11,136 nucleotides of DNA from Amoebophrya sp. A120 (lineage: Eukaryota > Protista > Dinoflagellata), in the NCBI GenBank assembly GCA_905178155.1, contig CAJINV010000078.1, positions 1 to 11,136 on the forward strand. Reading direction: 5' to 3'. The notes beneath the pieces are model-generated. The model did no database searches, had not been told where the DNA came from, and saw nothing but the letters and a program-made list of their open reading frames with translations. Positions within the stretch are counted from its first letter, which is position 1. Each line of letters opens with the position of its first letter. Shown in pieces: positions 1 through 7,787 of the stretch. The translations under genes and the position numbers were made by a program.

Positions 1-2034
1 GAACACGATCCCGTAGGATTTCAAAAAGAACCCGATCTGCCCTAACGTATGCCCCGGAACGTGGATAATCTCGAAGTCCAGCGGCCCGAGGTTCAGGTGC
101 TCCCCGTGCTTGCAGAGCTCGGAAAAGTCCGATTCCTCCGCGAACTTTTTCAAATTCGGCAGCTCGATCCGTGACGCGTACATGCGCGGCCGGTGGTTGT
201 TATTCGCTTTGAAGTTGTCCGCCGCAATCTCGTTCCACGCGCCCAGGTGATCCCAGTGCCAGTGGGTGATCAGCACGTCCGTGATGACGGAGCCGAATTC
301 CTCCTTTGCACGCTGGCAGTACTCCAGGCCGTGCCCCTGCGGCAAGTCGATGGCGATCACGCGCGCGGCCTGGCTGGTCTGGCTCACGCGACGACTGTTG
401 TTCCTTGGAGGGCTGCTGTTGTTGGTGGTGGTGGTGCCCGAAGTAGAAGTAGGTTCTAATTGCTCTGGAACGTACAACAAGTACCCGTAGTTGTCACTTA
501 AACACGGGAACTGGATCAACTTCAGCGTCGGATGCGACTGTTCCTTGTCAAACTTCTCCGCAAACTTGTTCGCCTGAGTGTAATGCGGCCGCGGGGACCC
601 CTTCGGCACAGATTTCAGTGGCTCGATGTCCACCCGCTGCACCTCCGACCACGTCTGCCGCCCGTTGGACTTGTCCAGAAGCTTCTTGTTTTCCGAAGAC
701 GGGCCGGGGAGAAGGTTTGATGATGAATTACCTGCAGTAGTTGCACTCGTCGACATCATGGCCGCGGCGGAGGGGCGAGCTTTCGGCGAAAAACCACCAG
801 TAGTATTCGAAGGCTTGATACTAGCCGGCGAACCAGAGTTCGAGCGGGCGAGAGCGGATGTTGAACCTCCGCCGCCGGAATTCGTGCGAGTCAGTCGCGG
901 CGACTTGGTGGTCGACGTCCCAGAAGCTTTTGCCTTATTCTTCCTTTCCTCCTCGTCCACCACCCCAGTCATCGCCACCGCGTGCGCGTGCACTCCGTGC
1001 GAAACAACCCCGTGCCCACTGCCCATCTTGGACTCCAAAATCGTCAATTGGACCACCAACCCGTCCGGATCCCGAACGCATCGCAACACCGGGTCGAAAG
1101 TGGGCGAAGTCGAGATCTTGCGGAACTGCGCGGGGGAGACGCCGATGGAAATGGATTCAAAAGCGGGCTTCTCCGGGGATAAGTCATCCGGCCCGGCGAG
1201 CACGGGTGCTGTTTTGTCCATATTCCGCATGTGCTGGATTTCCAGTGTCGTGACGGGTAACTGGTACAGCCACTCCCTTTGCGCTTGGATTTTGCTCTCC
1301 ATAGTACCGATCTTGCTAAAGTCTGGCACTTTTTGCTTCATCTCATCCGTCAAATACGCGAAGAAATACAGGTCGAAGTTGTACGGCGAAACTTCCTGTT
1401 TCTCCAATAAAGTCATGCCCAGCACCTCGGTGTAAAACTTCACACACAAATTCGCATCTTTCGTCCGGGTGGTGACTTGCCCGATCACCGGGTCTAGCAT
1501 GCGCGTCAACGGGTTCCGCGCACGAAGTCCGCTCGACTGCAGCTTCTCTTCCGCTCGCTCGATCCGTTTCTTTTTCGTGGCGGTGTTCCCTTCGAAACTC
1601 GTCTGAAGCAGCTCAATCGGAAATCCGACCGGATCCGCGATGTGCTCCAAGTATCCGACGTTCAAAAACTGTTCCGCCTTCGCGTTTTTCTTGCCCAAAC
1701 CGGTCCTCAAACAGTCATCGACGTCGTCTACCGCCAGCCCGATCTTCCAGTACAGAGGCCGCTGGAAGTTCACTTGCTGCTGGCTACGATCCTTAGTCTG
1801 GGCCACGACCTGCTTCCCGGGGGGCAAAAACCGGAAGTTGAGCTGCGCGGAATGGGGCGAGTTCCGGAAATACAGATTGTCGATCGTTTGGCCGTTCGGA
1901 AAGGTCGCCGTTGTCTGCGCGACCATACCCAGCGACTCACTGTAGAACTTTAATACCTCGTCGCGAAACTGCCCAGGTACGCGGTAGGTGGCGGCCAGGA
2001 GGCGGGACGAGGTCTGGTTCAAAGCTGATTCCAT
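1..2034 (-). CDS. Glyoxalase I-like (2x VOC) / glyoxalase II (hydroxyacylglutathione hydrolase) fusion protein, copy A; 3' end lies beyond the window
   Basis: Absent from the ORF track, presumably because there is no stop in the window. ATG at 2034 (MESALNQTSSRLLAATYRV...) is in frame with ...SYGIVF at position 1 (678 codons). VOC motifs: KFYSESLGM, YWKIGLAVDDV, DPVGFPIELLQ, KFYTEVLGM. GloII motifs: DNYGYL, THWHWDH, PGHT. Collinear with copy B apart from two element insertions and small indels. Confidence 0.9.
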   Translation of the reverse strand, partial: MESALNQTSSRLLAATYRVPGQFRDEVLKFYSESLGMVAQTTATFPNGQTIDNLYFRNSPHSAQLNFRFLPPGKQVVAQTKDRSQQQVNFQRPLYWKIGLAVDDVDDCLRTGLGKKNAKAEQFLNVGYLEHIADPVGFPIELLQTSFEGNTATKKKRIERAEEKLQSSGLRARNPLTRMLDPVIGQVTTRTKDANLCVKFYTEVLGMTLLEKQEVSPYNFDLYFFAYLTDEMKQKVPDFSKIGTMESKIQAQREWLYQLPVTTLEIQHMRNMDKTAPVLAGPDDLSPEKPAFESISIGVSPAQFRKISTSPTFDPVLRCVRDPDGLVVQLTILESKMGSGHGVVSHGVHAHAVAMTGVVDEEERKNKAKASGTSTTKSPRLTRTNSGGGGSTSALARSNSGSPASIKPSNTTGGFSPKARPSAAAMMSTSATTAGNSSSNLLPGPSSENKKLLDKSNGRQTWSEVQRVDIEPLKSVPKGSPRPHYTQANKFAEKFDKEQSHPTLKLIQFPCLSDNYGYLLYVPEQLEPTSTSGTTTTNNSSPPRNNSRRVSQTSQAARVIAIDLPQGHGLEYCQRAKEEFGSVITDVLITHWHWDHLGAWNEIAADNFKANNNHRPRMYASRIELPNLKKFAEESDFSELCKHGEHLNLGPLDFEIIHVPGHTLGQIGFFLKSYGIVF

Positions 2035-3394
2035 TTTTTGTTTTTCTTCTTATGTGCGTGTGGCTGTGGGGGGGGTTAGAAACAATTCTGAGGCGTTTCT
2101 TATTTTTTATTAAAAATTTGGATTTGCGTAACAATGCTAGAACAGCAACAGAATGTGTGTAAGTAGGTCTACGGAATGAAATATTGATTTACGGTCGGAA
2201 AAACATGAAAGAGATCACGACAAATTGCGTTCTTCCTTAGCGTTAATAGATCACTAACTCGGATGAGGATGTGGCACTCAAAGATCAACCTGGAGGCGAA
2301 ATCAATAGCACAGACGTCGACATAATCTTAAGTGGGATCAGAATAGAAAGATCTTGACATGAACAGGCGCAAGTATTGAGGGAAATTGTCGATTAGAATT
2401 CTGTGTAGGAGCACCAACTGTCGACAATTTTGAGACAGTGTATTTACAATGGCATGCTGGGTCTGAGGTCGGCAAAATTGTTACTTAGGTTCCGCTCAAG
2501 ATACCATTACCATTTCTTGTTCCATATCGAAAATAAACAGAAGATGCGTGAGACGGTCAAGGTACCGAATAGATTCTGATGGCGTGTGCGTGTCGAAGAC
2601 AAAATTCATCATTATGAGATGAATGCACTCTCAATACCAAAATGTCGCCTTGAAAATTGGACGATTCTTGTCGCATTTCCAGAAGAGATCAGATATCTTC
2701 GCTCCCCAGCATGATCAATATCAATATCGGAGCAAAATGTTGATATAAGCTTCGTCCTGCTTCGCATCTACTTAGCTCGATGTAGTAACTTCCATGAAAA
2801 AAAGAACCGAGGTTTGCTAACAAGAAGCGTCCGCATAGTTCATGAAGCTTTAAACGCGGTTTTCGATTGCCTTTTTGTTCGGGACCCTCCGCTCTCCGAC
2901 ATTGCATGTCCTCACACGAGGAGAGGACTTACCGACCTCATTTTTGTTCCCAGGGAGCTCCAAATCCACTTCCACTCATCTCGCTTTCTTCACTACTGTT
3001 TTTCCCTGGAGAGAAATTCCCTAATTTTCAGCCAACCCTCTCTAGTACGTACACTCGAAACTACAACTAGAACAATCGATCCTCACTTTTTTACAGCAGA
3101 AGCTGGCTCTGATTGGAGACAGTTGTGCTTTTCTTGGCCACGCAACGCCGTGCGGCTGTAGCCACAACGACAACGAGCCGATCTTCGCAAGGGAAACTAA
3201 ACCTCCTTCGCTGTCTTCTTGGAATCTTCATGTGTGACGCAGACAAGAATCATCAAGACCAGCACTTCAGCAAAGAATTCGGCGAAAAGTCCAGATCCAC
3301 TGTAGTAGTCACCTCTGTCTTGCGATTGATTTTACAACTCGGCCTGAAAAAACTAACTCGTCGCCTTCAAGAACTCGTGCAAAAGACCATCCCT

Positions 3395-5758
3395 TCACAA
3401 TTCCTCCGCCTTTGCGTTCTTCTCACCACCTCCAGGCCGCCGCGCACCGACTTCAAATTTTTCCGGCCACCCCTTCGGCCGGTAGTGGATGAAGACGTTG
3501 GCAAATTCCCGGCCCGGAAACGGTGTCGGCCGCCCGTGCGGTAACGTTGCCGACTCGTACAGAATGATCTGCCCCGCCTTGTTGGGTACGTACTTCGTTT
3601 CCCCACTGTGCGTCACCACCTGCAACGGCCAGCTGTGGTCGTACGTTTCCTCCATGCCGTGATACTGATCGTCCGGAAACCCAAACTCCAGATGGCCCAC
3701 CTCCACAATGGCGCTGATTGCGTGCGTGTCGCGCCGGTCGTATGAACTGCAAAAGTATCGCACTCGTACAAATGCATTAGCATTACAACTCAACTGGAAC
3801 AACACACCACTGGAACGATAGAAGAAGTGTGTTCATGTTTTGTAATTACAAGTTTCATCAGCGTCGGAAATAAAATTTGCAAATGCTGATTTACCTTGAA
3901 AAGAAAGATTTGTATATGCATGAATGCAATACGAGTGCGATGCTTTTGCACAGGATAGGTCGCCGTGCATCCGCATTTCGGAGTTTTGTCGGTACAGTCG
4001 GGTTATGAAATGCAAAAGCATCGTCCTCGTATTGCAATCATGCATTACAAATCTTTTCCCTGTGGCTGACGCTGAGGTACGTCAGCATTACATTTCTCAT
4101 GCTGAGGAAATTTGTAATGCATTTATACGAGTACGATACTTTTGCACTGCATACGGATGCCGTACAACGCCGTCATCTCTAGTTCACTCGCCTCGAACCC
4201 CGTCCACTTTGCCACCACCGGCTGCATATGCATTGCAAATATGCCTGGGTCCGGAAGACTGCGAGACTTCTCATGCTAGTTTGGCACGACTCTGAACTCT
4301 GTATTGCGCAGGGCCATCGGATGTTTCTCATCATGCGGAATACGCAACACAGAGCCGCGAGGAAATCTGTCATGCTTGCCGGTGCATTACAGTGTGGTTA
4401 TTTTTAATCATTGACATGCATCACAAGTTTCCAGACCCAGCAAATTTAATTTGCACTTGATACTGCATCATCTTTTGCAGCCTGTCCTTCAGGTCCTGGC
4501 GGAGCTCCACGAGCCACATGTCCACAGAAAATTTCCCGCACACGTACAAATGCAGTCTCTGCATAACAAAACTTGCCTTCAGTCCTAGTCTAGCATGACA
4601 AGTTGGACACTGCAAGTTAACGAAATTTGTCATGCATTTTGTACATGTACGGGAAAAGGAAATTCACATTGCATACCACATGTCCGTTTTGCACGCCGGG
4701 ATCGCCCCGTCGAGCCACCTGGTTTTCTCAGGTTTCGCGAGTTTGTTGCGGTTTTGCTGCCAAAACGCGCGGATGTCCCGCAACAACTCCGGGTCCGGGA
4801 AGTCTTGCACCTCGAAGCCCTCGGGCGTGAATTTCCGAAATTCTTGCGTCTGCCTCCACATCTGCTGGATGTCCTCGTCGTGTGTTTTCTTCAATTCTTT
4901 CTCGTACTCCAAATTCAGCAAAATATCGGTCAACGCGGTTCCGCCGGTGTGGTTGTAATAGGTACTGTGCTGCGAAATTGTATAGACAGAGGATGTTGTT
5001 GCAGCAGCACTTCTACTAGCTCCTTCTATCGGCGAAGGAGCAACCGGTGCACTAAACCCTGGGGGCCAAATCGTGGTCAGGAACGGCGCTAGAGTAGACG
5101 ACGCACTGGTGCCACTGTCGGCAGATGACAGGGAAATCGTTCCTGGATACTTGAATCTGCACCGGGTCGGGTTGTAATCCCGCGGGCTGTTCATCCGATC
5201 GCAGAAGTGCGCGCGGTCGGCGTCGTCTTTTGCAAGCTGTCTCCGGCACTCGCGTCGCCAGTCTCCCACGGCTTTCTCCCATTTTTCCCCAGCGAAAAAC
5301 TGCTCTTCCGTCGGCCGGTCCACCCAGTTGACATCGCAATGGATGGCGTTGTCGCTTTGATTCTCCACCTCCTCGATGGTTGTACTAGCTCCACCGCCGG
5401 CACAGGTACAGACCACGGCGCCGCTTTTCGCACCCTGCTTCACCGTGACGTGGAAAGTGTCCTTGATTTTTGTCGGCCGCTTCTCCTCCTCTTCCTTCCA
5501 CCCATCATCTGTGCTTCTCGTTGTAACGCGAAAGATGTGCCCTTCAAAGGTGTCCTGGGAGGCAACGGCGCCGGGAAAAATCGTTTCGATCGGGACGGGC
5601 TTTTCCTTCGGGTAGTTCTCGGGAATGAAGAGGAGCTTGAGGGGGGAGCTTGCGCAGCTGTTCTTGAAGGTCAGCGGGTGGACGGGCTCGGCAGCGGAAG
5701 CGGGGCTGCACGATGTAGCAAGCAGTTGTAGAGTGGCCAGGAAGGTGGGGCCGCGCAT
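3395..5758 (-). CDS. Secretory-pathway 2OG-Fe(II) oxygenase (prolyl-hydroxylase-like). Predicted exons 5758-4677, 4514-4464, 4222-4155, 3999-3959, 3736-3395; about 527 aa
   Basis: Exons sum to 1584 nt (528 codons). The join reads ...KTDMWLVELRQDLKDRLQKMMQPVVAKWTGFEASELEMTALYGIRLYRQNSEMRMHGDRRDTHAISAIV...LYESATLPHGRPTPF...ANVFIHYRP, giving the HxD...H iron-binding triad. Hydrophobic N-terminal signal-like segment; C-terminus AEEL then TGA. Confidence 0.82.
3741..3957. mobile_element. Introner/MITE-like element, 217 bp; implied intron 3958-3737 with CT-AC ends on the coding strand
   Basis: TSD GGTCG at 3736-3740 and 3958-3962. Ends TATGAACTGCAAAAGTATCGCACTCGTA and (reverse complement) TATCCTGTGCAAAAGCATCGCACTCGTA. 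Interrupts MHGD/RRDTH and contains an in-frame stop. Confidence 0.88.
4004..4153. mobile_element. Introner/MITE-like element, 150 bp; implied intron 4154-4000, GT-CC
   Basis: TSD CGGGT (3999-4003) / CGGAT (4154-4158), one mismatch. Ends TATGAAATGCAAAAGCATCGTCCTCGTAT and (rc) TATGCAGTGCAAAAGTATCGTACTCGTAT. Removal restores YGIRLY. Same family as 3741-3957. Confidence 0.88.
4227..4462. mobile_element. Introner/MITE-like element, 236 bp; implied intron 4463-4223, GT-CA (or TA-AG in the adjacent register)
   Basis: TSD CTGCA at 4222-4226 and 4463-4467. Ends TATGCATTGCAAAT and (rc) TATCAAGTGCAAAT. Removing 241 bp restores the frame: KMMQPVVAKWTG. Confidence 0.82.
4519..4675. mobile_element. Degenerate introner-like element, 157 bp; implied intron 4676-4515, GT-TG
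   Basis: Direct repeat CCACA, extending to CCACATGTCC, at 4514 and 4676. Coding-strand start is G-TATGCAATG. Imperfect subterminal inverted repeat 4532-4554 / 4633-4656. Two TGTCATGC motifs and an in-frame stop; no nearby AG acceptor. Confidence 0.75.
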
Positions 5759-6219
5759 CGTGATAGATGGTGCTACAGCTTATTTCATTCATCTAGTGTA
5801 ATTGTTTCACTTGAAAGACAGTACGAAAAACCAAGACCAACTTGATGAACTCGGAAAAGAAGATGCGGCAAAGGCAAGAATGCACTTCCGTGACATTGGT
5901 AGTAGAAAACTGCTTGTAGAAGCGAATACAACGACGGGCGTTCTCGCGCCAACATCTAGCCCTGACGCCACTCTCCTATTGTTCGTCACAGCTATTGAAT
6001 TGCTCGCACGCCCCCTGCTCTCCGCCTAGGTTCATTCAACTGCTCGCTCACGGATCACAAACAGAACCAACGAGCACAAAGCTCATGCCAGACGACGTGA
6101 CATGCTGTGTGTGTGCGGTGGCTCACATCCAGCAATCAATCCGCGCAGTCGGCGTTCGCCATCGTCACTGCGCTTCATCTTTGTACCACTTCTCCTGTGC
6201 GCACAGATCAAGCTGGTGT

Positions 6220-6950
6220 CGGCTGCCCCGTCAGGCAGCGCGCGAACACAAGTCAGTCAGTGGCGCGCGCAGCGGCAAGCATTCAACGGCCCCGCGCAAA
6301 CGCCTACGCTGGCCTGCAGGGCTTGCAGGCCGCCTCGGTCGCTCCTACGACGCCCGGCGCGAATCAATCGGGGCGAGGGGATGGCAACAAACACAATCAA
6401 ACCCAGACAAGGGGCAGCGCCACACACGGCAATCAAAGGGGGGCGCAAGGGCCCAGCCGCCCCACCCGACACCCGGGGGCATCGCACGGGCGGCCGGCGG
6501 CAATCGCCGCGGCCGCCCCTCAATCCAGCGGGCCGCCCGATCCAGGGTGGGATATGGGCGACCCGGCGGGGGGGGCGCCGAAATCGCCGCCCCTTACGAT
6601 GGGCCGGGCGCCCGCTGTTGTTTCCAATCAGGAACGGCCCGGCCGGGGCGCAAAATAAGAGGGCGCGGGTGCGGCACTGATCAAAGTCGGCTGATCAAAA
6701 GCACACTGCAGCGGCCGGGGCATGCGGCATCGCGTGCAAAACCCCCCTGCGAAGCTGCCTCGCGCGCGCGAGCGAATCGCCCCGCGGCCTGACTGCGCGC
6801 CCTCGCGTAGTACGCTAGACCCCAGCGCCAGCCCCCGGAGAAACAGCGCCCGCGTGCCCGGCCGGCGACGAACCGCCACGCCGCGGCTGCCCTATGTACT
6901 AGGTGCGTAACCAGGCCGCAGAGGCCCCGCCACCTCGCGAACAAAAGCGT
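6220..6950. other. GC/CpG-rich island of unknown function, upstream of the oxygenase gene
   Basis: Visibly far more GC-rich than its flanks, with G and C runs and recurring CAATC/AATCG words. The overlapping ORFs are R/P/G/A-rich and have no recognisable domain. Boundaries are approximate. Confidence 0.5.
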
Positions 6951-7787
6951 CACCGCTTACAACTACGACGAAGCCATCTTCCGGGCAGTCTTATTCCGAA
7001 CACGCTCAAAAACTCCGCACCTACTATTTTTTGATCTCAGACTTAAAAACGAATCAATTCGCGACAATTTTGAGTCGTCATTCACAGTCTTTGCGCCATC
7101 GTTGCTCCTCAGTTAAATCATACAGTTCCGGAGCCATCAGAAAACTTCGTCTCTCTTTCTAGTTTTTTGGCGTGTATTCATCATTCTCACCAGTTTCCAG
7201 ACTCTCGTCGCGACCAAAATGGAGAAGAGACTGGATTCTCTCGCGCGTTTTGGATTCTACCACTCGAGTGTGGAAAAAAGAAGAAGTTTTCTAAAATCAT
7301 ACAAATGTGGTGCTGGAACGCTAAAAATCTAAAGAATATCATGCCAGAACCAGAAGGTTCTCGAAATTTGAAAAAAAAAATTCCCTGCAGCAATATATGA
7401 GCTTGTTTTTTTTATTCGTACGTTGTACTATCAGGAACAAAATCCGTGTGTCAGCAACACATTTCACGGTCGTTCCCGCCGTATCATGACTGCTGCTGCT
7501 CGAAACTTTTCCCGGGAGATTATTATACACGACGTCTTGTTGATCTTCATTATCATTCGCCTCGCACACCCCCAAGGCGACATGGACGTTTCTACTCTTT
7601 CCGCCGAAACAGAAAACCGCACAATGGAGGTCTTTATTTTCGCGGGTCCTTAAGAACATCAAAAACTGCAACATCTCCGAAAATGTAGTAGCTCGTCGAT
7701 TCCGCCGGGAACTACGAGAACTTTTGTTCATCTGTGCATCTTCCTGGAAACAAAGAAATCTCACCCACTCTTTCATCGTTTTCACCT

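Noticed and set aside
193-1953. Plus-strand ORFs (e.g. 626-1435, 269 aa) and their counterparts at 9046-10603
   Set aside because: Antisense shadows of the minus-strand glyoxalase frame; no recognisable motifs.
2035-2520. Relict dinoflagellate spliced leader upstream of copy A
   Set aside because: No match to CCGTAGCCATTTTGGCTCAAG on the coding strand; a GCTCAAG near 2494 is on the wrong strand and too short.
4199-4436. Alternative GT-GG intron giving ...QIKFAG/FEASE
   Set aside because: Frame-compatible, but 4463-4223 has a perfect TSD and TAT...ATA inverted ends, and restores the more family-like PVVAKWTG.
4965-5145. Possible in-frame intron in the Ser/Thr/Ala-rich stretch of the oxygenase
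   Set aside because: Open frame with no TSD/inverted-repeat signature or convincing splice sites; treated as a linker.
5995-6953. Overlapping 83-265 aa ORFs in the GC-rich region
   Set aside because: Expected from stop-codon scarcity at high GC; low-complexity products in several frames with no domain signal.
7167-7785. 148-aa minus ORF directly after the copy B stop, and nearby short ORFs
   Set aside because: No recognisable motifs; more likely 3' UTR or intergenic. Readthrough cannot be supported from sequence.
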